NCBI GenBank assembly: GCA_963657715.1
Contig: CAVKML010000013.1
Coordinates: 2,572 to 66,571, forward strand
DNA: 64,000 bases
Direction of reading: 5' to 3'
DNA from: an uncultured bacterium
GTDB lineage: Bacteria; Bacteroidota; Bacteroidia; Bacteroidales; UBA932
Under the pieces are notes generated by a model. It was not told the DNA's origin. It did no database searches and saw only the letters and a list, made by a program, of their open reading frames with translations. Both the position numbers and the translations under genes were made by a program. How positions within the stretch are numbered: the first letter of the stretch is position 1; the number at the start of each line of letters is the position of its first letter. Positions 29,373 through 39,025 of this stretch are shown one piece after another.

Positions 29373-30677
29373 GTGATCTACCTGCACGTTCCTTTCTGCG
29401 GCAGTTTCTGCATCTACTGCGACTTTTATTCGGAAATATGCCGAAGCAGACAGGTATTCAATGAATATGCGGATGCCGTCATCGCGGAGATCCGCGCTCG
29501 TCAGGAGGAACTTTCAATGAATATGTCCGCACGCGATGCGGTCAATACCCTTTACATCGGAGGAGGCACCCCATCGGTGCTTCCTCTTGATGTTTTGTCC
29601 CGGATTGTCAGTGCGGTCGCTGAGCTTGCCGAAGCTCCGAACCGACCGGTCACAGAACCTGTGGTTCGATTAAGCTCACCAACCATCGAAGCGACCTCGC
29701 CGTTCGAGGAATTCACCATGGAAGTGAACCCCGAAGACATAGTGGAAAAAGGACAAGAATATGTCCGTGGACTAATCGCCCTTGGCGTGACCCGGATCAG
29801 TATGGGCATTCAGTCCTTCGATGACGAAATCCTCCGCTGGATGAACCGCCGCCATGACTCCGGGCGTGCCGTTAAGGCCTTCAGAATCCTTCGCGAGTGT
29901 GGAGTTCGGAACATCAGCATAGACCTGATTTTCGGCCTTTCTCAACTAACGGAGGATGTCTGGAAAGACACAATCGAAAAGGCCTTAGAACTCGCTCCAG
30001 AGCACATTTCCGCCTACCAACTGTCAATAGAGGAGGGAAGTGCCCTCGCCAAGATGGTTGCCGATGGACGTTATGTCGAGGCCACTGATGAGCAATGCCG
30101 TAGACAGTACGACATCTTGTGCCAGACTCTTAAACGGTCAGGTTATCATCATTACGAAATCTCCAATTTCGCGAAGCCAAGCTTTGAAGCCGTCCACAAC
30201 AGCGCCTATTGGCGTAGGGTCCCGTACATCGGCCTCGGCCCCGGCGCTCACTCCCTGTCTGGCAACGTTCGCTCCTGGAACAGCCAGGAGCTTCCGCACA
30301 GAACCCCAGACAAGAATCCAGACAAGGCCACGTACAACAATCTTCCGCCCGAAAACCTACTCGGCACCCAAACCAGAAACCTGAGCGTGAATCTAAGCAG
30401 CACTCCGTTATCCGGTTCCGGTTATCAAGACGGAAGTCTGGTGACATATTCAATAAATTCTGAGGTTCTTTCGCCCGAAGACATCCGGGTCGAGAGGATT
30501 ATGCTCTCCCTCCGCACCGACAAAGGTCTTGAAGCCACAGAATTATATTCATTGTCAGATCGCTCCGTAATTAGCACCCTTTTGAACGAGGGAGTCCTTG
30601 AGAAACAAGGCGACAGAATCCGCATCCCCGAAGACCGCCTCTTCACCTCCGACGAAATCATCCGCGAACTGATTTAG
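29373..30677 (+). CDS. hemW: Radical SAM heme chaperone HemW (HemN-like) with two insertions
   Basis: YLHVPFC...C.YCDF, YIGGGTPS, YEISNF, HNSAYW. Confidence 0.9.
   Translation: MIYLHVPFCGSFCIYCDFYSEICRSRQVFNEYADAVIAEIRARQEELSMNMSARDAVNTLYIGGGTPSVLPLDVLSRIVSAVAELAEAPNRPVTEPVVRLSSPTIEATSPFEEFTMEVNPEDIVEKGQEYVRGLIALGVTRISMGIQSFDDEILRWMNRRHDSGRAVKAFRILRECGVRNISIDLIFGLSQLTEDVWKDTIEKALELAPEHISAYQLSIEEGSALAKMVADGRYVEATDEQCRRQYDILCQTLKRSGYHHYEISNFAKPSFEAVHNSAYWRRVPYIGLGPGAHSLSGNVRSWNSQELPHRTPDKNPDKATYNNLPPENLLGTQTRNLSVNLSSTPLSGSGYQDGSLVTYSINSEVLSPEDIRVERIMLSLRTDKGLEATELYSLSDRSVISTLLNEGVLEKQGDRIRIPEDRLFTSDEIIRELI
29615..29696. repeat. REP-like palindromic units inserted in frame in hemW
   Basis: ggtcgctgagcttgccgaagc and ggtcacagaacctgt...tcgaagcgacc match the intergenic units at 57942 and 62838. 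Confidence 0.8.
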
Positions 30678-30941
30678 TCCTCCGCTCGCCCTGCTTCAGA
30701 TACCGCTCTTGGATCCAGACATCCAGAAAGAGGTCATGGTGAAAGTGTTTTTCTGGGTGTTAGGATGGTTGTGATGTGTCTCAAAAAGTGGTTTTTTCGG
30801 GGGTATTAACTGAAATATTTCTGTTTTTTATCAATCGCATGCGTTTCTTTTCGTTTCCTTCTGTTGAGAATGCCTAACTTGCGGCCGTGTTCCGGGAGGC
30901 ATTGCGGGACCTTTTGACAAACAGGCAGATTCACTTCAACT

Positions 30942-31725
30942 ATGGAGACTTCAGAGACAAACAAGGCCGTCCTACGGAAGGCCGATGACCAAACAACCAT
31001 TAACCAAAAGACCATTGGACAGGAGGATACTTTTCGACCTTCTCTGCAAGACTTCTGAAGGGACGATTCTGGTTGAGATGCAGAAGGCATTGCGCTCCGA
31101 CCAACGCGACCGTTTGCTCTTCTACGGCTCAAGGCTTGTGACCCGACAGGTGAAACGTGGTGATGAGAAATATGCTCTGGCACCCGTCAAGGTAATCTGC
31201 ATCATGAATTACGAGGACGATCATCCGAACTCTCCGGCAGAAAAGATCCTGTACCATTACAGGCTACGTGAGGTCGAGACGGATGAGCCGTTCGGTGACC
31301 GGATGTCGTTCTATCTGTTGGAGTTGCCAAGGGTCATGCGCTACACGGATGAATATGACAGCCCGGTCGCGGCATGGTGTCGGATATTCAGAAATTTCAG
31401 TATATTTGTGAAGTCGAGGTCAGAGAAGGATGCAGTGTTTGACAGGTTGGAGAGGGCGATGCGTGTCAGCGGTCTTGACGACAAGGAGATTGATAACTAT
31501 TTCAGCGATATGATGACAGAAAAAGAGATGCGGCCGTACATTGAAGGCGCTGAGCAGCAAGGCTATCGCAAAGGTTTTGAGGCTGGCAGTGAACTGGGCA
31601 TGGAGAATGGGATGGAGAAAGGGATAGAAAAAGTCGCCAAGTCCTTGCTGTTGTTGGGTGTTCCGGTTGAGCAGATCGGAATTGCCACCGGTTTGTCTTC
31701 CGAGAGGATTGAGGCCTTGAGATAG
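30942..31725 (+). pseudogene. Rpn-family PD-(D/E)XK nuclease, N-terminally deleted and frameshifted
   Basis: FDLLC...ILVEMQ, R.LFY.SR, YLLELP, G.EKG.EK tail; usual N-terminal D..FK..FG block absent; ATG 30942 is in another frame. Confidence 0.7.
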
Positions 31726-31734
31726 ATCAGAATA

Positions 31735-31782
31735 AAACGGCGGATTTTGCACATTGCCAAAATCCGCCGTTTCCGTTTTTTT
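31735..31782 (+). terminator. Intrinsic terminator
   Basis: aaacggcggattttg/caaaatccgccgttt stem followed by a T run. Confidence 0.7.
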
Positions 31783-31861
31783 CTGATTGTTATAAGTGGT
31801 TTTTAACCATTGATTCAAGAACCACCATAAGGAAGCCCAATGAGATGAGAACCGGTCATAT

Positions 31862-33124
31862 TCAGTTGTTCTGAATGATCGAGCTGGCTGCGATGTTGGC
31901 CACAAGGGCGCGCAGACGGCCCACGCCGCCTTTGTCCTCCGGGTGAACCCTGTGGGTCAGCAGAATGACGGCTGTCTTGCTCTCCATGTCGATCATGATC
32001 GAGGTTCCTGTGTAGCCGGTGTGCATGATTGTGGTCTCAGGATTGAAAAGGTCACCTCGGAGACCGCTGTGGGAACTTTTCTTGTCCCAGCCGAGGGCGC
32101 GTCCCACGGAAGGATCGTTCTGTGACGGGATTGTGGTCATGAGCCTTACAGTGGCCGGACTGAGGATTCTCGTGTTCTCCAATGAGTTTTCCTTTTTGTC
32201 CACGAGACAGCCGTTATTCATGATCGCGGAGCAGATCACGGAGAGGTCTTCGGCGTTGGAGAACACTCCGGCGTTGCCGGAATTGCCACCCATGATCATG
32301 CGGGCCATAGGGTCGTGAACCTGCGCCACCAGAGGCTTGCCGTCGGTCTGGACTTCGGTCGGGGCGCAGAGCATCGCCAATTCGGCCGAATTGTCAACCG
32401 CAGGGGTGTAGATCAGAGGGAAATAGCAGGTGTGCTTCAGTCCGAGGACATCGAAGATGTGTTTTTGGGCATATTCATAGAGCTTTTCTCCGGTCACTCT
32501 TTCGAGAATGCGTTGGAGAGTGACGAAGTTCAGACAGCTGTACATGAAATCGGTGCCGGGGCGGAAATTCCTCTTGATCTGGGTTGCGATGTACCACTCC
32601 ATTTTTTCCGGGTTGTTGCCGCCGTATTCCTTTACGAACGTGTTCGCGTTGATGTACGGAGTCAGTCCGGAGGAGTGTGACAGAAGGTCCCGTATGGTGA
32701 TGTCCACCGTCTCGCCGCTTTCGGGATCCGTCCAAGGCTTGAAGTCAGGAATATACCTGCTCACGTTGTCGGTGAGGCGGACGTACCCGTTCTCGATTAG
32801 TTGCATGAAAGCCAGTGTCGTGCCCACGCATTTGCTGACGGACGCGAGGTCGAACATCGTTTCCGTTGTCATCGGCTCCACTGTCGGCACAATTGACTTG
32901 TTCCCGTACGCTTTCAGGTAAACTATGTCGTTGCCCCTTACGACAGAGATCACGGCACCTGGAATCTCCTTGGCCTCTATCGCGTCGTTGATGACTCTGT
33001 CAACCTGTGCGAGTTTTCCGGGATTCATCCCATGGCGTTCCGGGGAGTCATGTCTTAACGCCCCTTGGGCAAAAGCCGGGACCGTCAGGATAGCGGCTAT
33101 GACGAAGTTGACTAACTTTTTCAT
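31862..33124 (-). CDS. Serine hydrolase (beta-lactamase-like superfamily)
   Basis: FDLASVSK (SxxK), LLSHSSG, YSCLNF, VHDP, HTGYTG. Confidence 0.88.
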   Translation of the reverse strand: MKKLVNFVIAAILTVPAFAQGALRHDSPERHGMNPGKLAQVDRVINDAIEAKEIPGAVISVVRGNDIVYLKAYGNKSIVPTVEPMTTETMFDLASVSKCVGTTLAFMQLIENGYVRLTDNVSRYIPDFKPWTDPESGETVDITIRDLLSHSSGLTPYINANTFVKEYGGNNPEKMEWYIATQIKRNFRPGTDFMYSCLNFVTLQRILERVTGEKLYEYAQKHIFDVLGLKHTCYFPLIYTPAVDNSAELAMLCAPTEVQTDGKPLVAQVHDPMARMIMGGNSGNAGVFSNAEDLSVICSAIMNNGCLVDKKENSLENTRILSPATVRLMTTIPSQNDPSVGRALGWDKKSSHSGLRGDLFNPETTIMHTGYTGTSIMIDMESKTAVILLTHRVHPEDKGGVGRLRALVANIAASSIIQNN

Positions 33125-33160
33125 CTTGAATATATTCGTGTCGGATGAAGATCCTCGCTT

Positions 33161-34006
33161 TTAGAATATCAAAGTGGCCTTGATAGGGTAGTGGTCGGAG
33201 ACGAAAGCCCTGTCCATGTACTGTTTGGTGATGGTCTGATACTCAGTGCAGCTGCTGAATCCCTTGAACCAGATGTAGTCGATGATTTCGTCCGCAGGAG
33301 CCTTGCCCCATCCGTTGTAGGTGTTGATGTGATCTGTCTTGACGGCAACCTCGCGGGCATTCTGCATGACCTTTTTGAGATCGTCGAATTCCGGACGGTC
33401 GATCCTCATGTTGAAGTCGCCGGTAAGTATCATAGGGTAATTCTCCGGATTGATGCTTGCGATCCTGTCCACGATCAGCTGAAGTCCGTTCTTGCGGGCC
33501 TCCCAGCCGACATGGTCGAGGTGAGTGTTCACATAGTAGAACTTCTTGCCGCTGGCCTTGTCCTTCATCAAAGCCCAGGTCGCGGATCTGAAGCAAGCCG
33601 CATCCCAACCTTTGGAAGGCTTCTCCGGAGTCTCTGAAAGCCAGAACGTTCCCCATTTGATCAGTTTGATGGTTTTCTTGTTGTAGAAGATGGCCATGTG
33701 CTCACCTTTGTGCTTTCCGTCCTCGCGGCCTACGCCGATGCCTTTGTAGCCAGGGCAATATTCCTCAAGATACTTGAACTGAAAGTCCACTGCTTCCTGA
33801 AGTCCGAATATGTCAGGCTGCTGATCCATGATCATCATCGCGGAGGCCGGGTAGCGGAATTCCCATGAATTGGTTCCGTCTTTGGCCGTCCCGACACGGA
33901 TGTTGTAGGAAATCACATTGATGTCAGCAGTCTTTCTTTTTTTAGCGGTCATGCTGAACGGCAGTACCATCAGGGCTGCCATGAGGACAAGAATCACTCT
34001 TTTCAT
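33161..34006 (-). CDS. Endonuclease/exonuclease/phosphatase family protein
   Basis: SYNIR, GLQE, NTHLD, GDFN, IDYI, SDHYP; signal peptide from ATG 34006. Confidence 0.9.
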   Translation of the reverse strand: MKRVILVLMAALMVLPFSMTAKKRKTADINVISYNIRVGTAKDGTNSWEFRYPASAMMIMDQQPDIFGLQEAVDFQFKYLEEYCPGYKGIGVGREDGKHKGEHMAIFYNKKTIKLIKWGTFWLSETPEKPSKGWDAACFRSATWALMKDKASGKKFYYVNTHLDHVGWEARKNGLQLIVDRIASINPENYPMILTGDFNMRIDRPEFDDLKKVMQNAREVAVKTDHINTYNGWGKAPADEIIDYIWFKGFSSCTEYQTITKQYMDRAFVSDHYPIKATLIF

Positions 34007-34176
34007 AACAATATCTCTTTTAGTTATAATATTCAAATTCGAAGAAATTATATTCAAAGAATATATGCTGGCTACAAATTTAACAAATTGTGCTAATTTT
34101 GCCTAATGAAAATAACTGGTGAATAGTCTCGCCGGATCTCCGTGTTATTGGTTATCATTTGAAACTTTAGCTGATT

Positions 34177-35184
34177 ATGGCAGAAAAGACATTTAATGAA
34201 TATGGCAAGACGCAGGCTATCGACCTGCTTTTCGAGGAAAGCGGCTACGCTCGTCAGGAAAGAGTGACCTTCGAGCCTTCAGCGGGAAGCTCTTTGTGTT
34301 CAGCTTCCAGACTTTTCGTGGAAGGGATGGATTTCGACCTGACATATTTCCCGCTTAAACATCTTGGCTACAAGTCCGTTGTGGCTGTGGCCGGAGAAAT
34401 TTACGCCGCGATGTCACACCCTCGGCTTCTGTCCGTCAGGCTTGGAGTCTCCGCCAAACTGGATTTCGGCCACATCAAGGACCTTTGGCTTGGAATCGTC
34501 ACAGCCGCCAAAGAACACGGCTTTTCTGCGGTTGATCTGGATCTGGTACCGTCTCCGAATGGTTTGACCATCAGTGTCTCAGCTGTAGGTGAAGAACTTA
34601 AACTGACAAAGGGACGCACGGTCAAGGCCAGGAGCATGGATCTGGTTTGTGTGTCCGGTAGTCTGGGCGCCGCCTTTCTTGGCCTTCAGATTCTGGAGCG
34701 GGAGAAAAGGGGCTTCGACAATACAAAAGACGATTCTGTCCAGCCACAACTTGAAAAGTACAAGATGCTGATAGGCAGTTATCTCAAGCCAGAACTCAGC
34801 TCCTCTGTCGTCGCCAGGCTAGAGGATGCACAGATCTATCCTTCGCATGGTTATCTGGTCTCCCATGGCCTTTCGGACGCAGTGAAAAGACTGGCCCGTG
34901 ACTCTGGCCTTGGCGTGAAGATCTATGCCGACAAGATCCCTTTCGAAGGTAACAGTTTCGCTTCCGGCAAAGAACTGGACATTGATCCGATCTCCGCTGC
35001 GATGAACGGTGGGGATGATTTCAGACTTCTGTTCACGATCCCTATCCTGTCCGCCGAGAAGTTCCGCCGTGATTTCCAGACATTCGACATAATCGGCCAT
35101 CTGGCCCAGCCTGAGGTCGGCTCCGTCCTCGTCTCTCCCGATGGTCTGGAGCATCCCATTCTGGCCCAAGGCTGGAAGGAGTAG
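34177..35184 (+). CDS. thiL: Thiamine-phosphate kinase-like protein (degenerate active-site motifs)
   Basis: EG.DFDLTYFPLKHLGYK, DLVCVSGSLGAA, GGDDF.LLF; PurM-like layout. Confidence 0.75.
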   Translation: MAEKTFNEYGKTQAIDLLFEESGYARQERVTFEPSAGSSLCSASRLFVEGMDFDLTYFPLKHLGYKSVVAVAGEIYAAMSHPRLLSVRLGVSAKLDFGHIKDLWLGIVTAAKEHGFSAVDLDLVPSPNGLTISVSAVGEELKLTKGRTVKARSMDLVCVSGSLGAAFLGLQILEREKRGFDNTKDDSVQPQLEKYKMLIGSYLKPELSSSVVARLEDAQIYPSHGYLVSHGLSDAVKRLARDSGLGVKIYADKIPFEGNSFASGKELDIDPISAAMNGGDDFRLLFTIPILSAEKFRRDFQTFDIIGHLAQPEVGSVLVSPDGLEHPILAQGWKE

Positions 35185-35189
35185 GAAAA

Positions 35190-35310
35190 CATCGGCTTCG
35201 ATTTACGGACTTTCCGCAGCCTATCAGGTGAGCGGCATCCCGCACTTTGTTCTTATCTCCCCCGAAGGCAAAATAATCGACACTTGGACCGGCTACGGCA
35301 AGGTTCCATT
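35190..35310 (+). pseudogene. C-terminal remnant of a TlpA/thioredoxin-like gene
   Basis: Translates YGLSAAYQVSGIPHFVLISPEGKII..WTGY (cis-Pro loop pattern); no start codon or CxxC. Confidence 0.55.
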
Positions 35311-35442
35311 CTCGCCAAGATCAGTCCGCATCTCGGAAAGGACTCCGATTGAATCTTTGGCCACAGAGTCTGCCGAAATGGCCATTTGACAGTTCCGGCG
35401 ATAGAATGCCGTGGTGGCTAACTAATTGGTTCTTATTTAGAT

Positions 35443-35487
35443 AAAAGAATGTCCTCCTACCGGTTCCGGGTAGGAGGACATTCTTTT
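35443..35487. terminator. Bidirectional intrinsic terminator
   Basis: aaaagaatgtcctcctacc/ggtaggaggacattctttt between convergent genes. Confidence 0.8.
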
Positions 35488-35537
35488 AACATTCTGATTA
35501 TTAATTATTTGATCGCCATGCTTTAGGTGTCAAGGTG

Positions 35538-37937
35538 TCAGTCGTTGTTCATCTGCGTGATGTCCGGCTTCCAGCGTTCGGAGTCGCCGATGAGCCACTC
35601 GGCGTAGTAGTCGGCCATGCGCCAGAAGAAATATTCGTTCATGTCGCCGAAGCCGTGGCGCTGGCCAGGGAGGATGAGCATATCGAACCTCTTGTTGGCG
35701 CGGATCAGGGCGTTGACCACACGGATGGTGTTGGCCGGATGGACGTTGTTGTCGATGTCTCCGTGCACCAGCATCAGATGGCCTTTCAGGTTTCCTGCGA
35801 TCTCCGGGTTGGTCTTGATGCTGTAAACGAACGTGGTGTCACCCTTGTCGATCTTCTCCAGGATTCCGTGATGCTGCTCGCTCCACCAGCGGTTGTAGAT
35901 GCTGTTGTCGTGGTTGCCGGCGCAGGACACCGCCACCTTGAAGAAGTCCGGATATTTCAGGATCGCCGCCGTGCTCATGAATCCTCCGCCGGAATGTCCG
36001 TGGATACCCACCCTGTCAAGGTCGATGAATGAATATCTCGCACCGAGCTGTTGGATGGCATATTTCTGATCCTCAAGGCCGTAGTCACGCAGGTTCCCGT
36101 AGCCGTAGTTGTGGTACCACTTCGAACGGTTAGGGTGTCCGCCCCTGTTGCCGACAGTGATGACAATCATTCCAAGCTGTGCGAGCCTGTCCGTGCGGGT
36201 GAAGCCTCTGCTCCAGGAAATGTTGTTGGCCTCCACCTGAGGTCCGGGGTAAACATAGTCACAGATCGGATAGACCTTTGTGGAGTCGAAGTCGTAAGGC
36301 TTGTACATCGCCCCGTAAAGATCCGTGACACCGTCCGCTGCCTTCACCTTGAACCTCTCCGGGAACTTGTATCCGGCCTCGAACAGAAGGCTCAGGTCGG
36401 CGGTCTCAAGATCGGCGATCCGCTTGCCGGCGGCTGAGAACAGAGCCACGGCCGGAGTCCAGTCAACCCTCGAATAGTTGGCCACGAAGAACTTGGCGTC
36501 ATCGCTCGCTGTCGAGAGCACGTCCATGTCGTTCATGTCCAGCTGCTGGAGAGCTCCGCCTGTGAGCGGAACCCTGAATGTGTGCATCTGATAAGGATTC
36601 TCGTCCTTGTTCGCGCCACAGGCACTCAGCAGGATGTAACCCTCCTTCTCGTTCACTCCAAGGATGTCCTCCACGTGGAACGCTCCGTCGGTCAGGTTCT
36701 TGACCAAGGTCCCGTCATTATTATAAAGGTAAATATTCGCCCATCCGTTGCGCTCCGACCAGTGCAGAATCTGCTTTCCGCCGCCGATCAGGAACGGAGT
36801 CCGGTACTCGACGTAGGTCCTTTCCCGCTCGGAGATGATGGTCTTTGTGGAATCGGAATCCACACCCACCCAGCAGAGATCCAGTCTCTTGAGGTCACGG
36901 CTCTGGCGCACGAGATAGAAACCGGAGTTGTCGCCAAGCCACTCGTTCTTCCAGAAATCCAGATAGTTGTCCTTGGCTGTCCTTCTGGCGCTTTGCAGCG
37001 ACACTTCCTGATCCTTGAACGCCTGGCTCTTGATCTGCCGTGCGGAAGCGCCGGTGCGGTCATCATTCATCGTGAATATGTAAAGGTAGCCTTTCGGCCC
37101 CGGCTCGCCCGGCATCTGGTACTTGTATGTCTCCAGTTCAGGACGCTTGCCGCTGATGGAATTGATTACCCACAGATCATCCAGCTTTCTCACATCCCAT
37201 TTCATCGTGGCGAAGCGCTTCGCGTCCGGTGACCAGACAAGCTCTCCCGGGTAGTGCCTCTTGGTGGAGTCCGCCTCGGTGTCGCCGGCATAGTTGCCGT
37301 ACCCGTAGCCGAACTGGCGGATGCCGTCAGTGGTCAGGCGATGCTCGACGATCGTGCTGTCCTTCTCGTCCTTGGCTGCCTTGCGGAGGCTGGTCGAATC
37401 CATCACCCAAAGATTGGAGCCCTTGGCATAGACTCCGAACTCTCCGTTTGGCGCGATTGAAGCCCAACGCGGGTACTTGTCCTTTTCTTTTGCCACGGTG
37501 TCAAGCTTTGCCGTCGCGATCTCGTAGCGGAAATATGTCGTGTCCCTGTCGTTCTGAAGCCCGGAGATGATGTTGAAAGTGAAAGCCTTGTCATCTTTCA
37601 ACTCCAAATCCCTTATAGGAATATGCTTGGCCTCGAACGGGTAACGGACAATCTCGGTGATTTGCATCGCGAGCCTGTCCATGTCGAACACCTCGGTCTT
37701 GGTCCCCTTGGCCGGATCTACAATGTAGTAATGCGTTCCTTGCGGAGTTCTCCAGCTATACCAGAACTTGTCGCTGTCCTTGAACCAGTTAGGTGTGATC
37801 TGCGTGGAGAACACCATCTGGTTCACCTTTTTTGCCGAAAACCTCTCGGCAAGAGCGTAATTAGCCTTCTGCGTCTGCGCGAATCCCGACGCGCAAAGAA
37901 GCAGCGCCGCGCAGGCAAGTGCGAAATTCTTCTTCAT
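35538..37937 (-). CDS. S9 family (DPP IV-like) peptidase
   Basis: GHSGGG nucleophile motif, HGDIDNNVH, QRHG; N-terminal beta-propeller region. Confidence 0.92.
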   Translation of the reverse strand: MKKNFALACAALLLCASGFAQTQKANYALAERFSAKKVNQMVFSTQITPNWFKDSDKFWYSWRTPQGTHYYIVDPAKGTKTEVFDMDRLAMQITEIVRYPFEAKHIPIRDLELKDDKAFTFNIISGLQNDRDTTYFRYEIATAKLDTVAKEKDKYPRWASIAPNGEFGVYAKGSNLWVMDSTSLRKAAKDEKDSTIVEHRLTTDGIRQFGYGYGNYAGDTEADSTKRHYPGELVWSPDAKRFATMKWDVRKLDDLWVINSISGKRPELETYKYQMPGEPGPKGYLYIFTMNDDRTGASARQIKSQAFKDQEVSLQSARRTAKDNYLDFWKNEWLGDNSGFYLVRQSRDLKRLDLCWVGVDSDSTKTIISERERTYVEYRTPFLIGGGKQILHWSERNGWANIYLYNNDGTLVKNLTDGAFHVEDILGVNEKEGYILLSACGANKDENPYQMHTFRVPLTGGALQQLDMNDMDVLSTASDDAKFFVANYSRVDWTPAVALFSAAGKRIADLETADLSLLFEAGYKFPERFKVKAADGVTDLYGAMYKPYDFDSTKVYPICDYVYPGPQVEANNISWSRGFTRTDRLAQLGMIVITVGNRGGHPNRSKWYHNYGYGNLRDYGLEDQKYAIQQLGARYSFIDLDRVGIHGHSGGGFMSTAAILKYPDFFKVAVSCAGNHDNSIYNRWWSEQHHGILEKIDKGDTTFVYSIKTNPEIAGNLKGHLMLVHGDIDNNVHPANTIRVVNALIRANKRFDMLILPGQRHGFGDMNEYFFWRMADYYAEWLIGDSERWKPDITQMNND

Positions 37938-38054
37938 GAATATTCTTGAATATTTTATGGTAAAGATAGCGATTTTTTGACAATTGCAACGTTTTGTCGG
38001 AGGAATCTGAACGAATCTATTCGCTTGATGCTTTGTTAATTGAAGAATTATCCG

Positions 38055-38062
38055 TAAATTTG
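38055..38062 (+). promoter_or_regulatory. -7 box of the str operon promoter
   Basis: TAAATTTG with TTTG at 38032. Confidence 0.7.
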
Positions 38063-38112
38063 CAGCCCCAAAATGTTTGGGAGAAACATAAATATTAGAT
38101 TTACAATCATTT

Positions 38113-38496
<384 letters not shown>

Positions 38497-38536
38497 TCCG
38501 TTTCATTATCTTTATCACCTTTAATTTTTACTCACA

Positions 38537-39013
38537 ATGAGAAAATCGAAGCCTAAAAAGAGGATTCTACTTCCTGATCCTAAGTTTCATGATGTCGAGG
38601 TGACCCGCTTCGTGAACAATCTTATGTTGCAGGGGAAGAAGAGTATCGCGTATTCTATTTTTTACGATGCCATTGACATGGTAGGCGAGAAGATGAAGGA
38701 TTCTGACAAGGCTCCTCTAGATATCTGGAGGAAGGCACTCGAAAACGTTACCCCTCAGATCGAGGTCAAGTCACGTCGTGTAGGAGGTGCAAACTTCCAG
38801 GTGCCTACTGAGTTGCGTCCGGAAAGGAAAGTCTCGCTCTCAATGAAGAACATGATCAACTTCGCCCGCAAGCGTTCCGGCCACTCAATGGCAGAAAAAC
38901 TTTGTGCAGAGATCGTTGCCGCCTACAATAACGAAGGTGGTGCATTCAAGAGAAAAGAGGATATGCACAAGATGGCGGAGGCCAACAAGGCGTTCGCCCA
39001 CTTCCGTTTCTAA
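38537..39013 (+). CDS. rpsG: 30S ribosomal protein S7
   Basis: [34 protein letters not shown]. Confidence 0.99.
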   Translation: MRKSKPKKRILLPDPKFHDVEVTRFVNNLMLQGKKSIAYSIFYDAIDMVGEKMKDSDKAPLDIWRKALENVTPQIEVKSRRVGGANFQVPTELRPERKVSLSMKNMINFARKRSGHSMAEKLCAEIVAAYNNEGGAFKRKEDMHKMAEANKAFAHFRF

Positions 39014-39025
39014 TTTTATTCGCAG

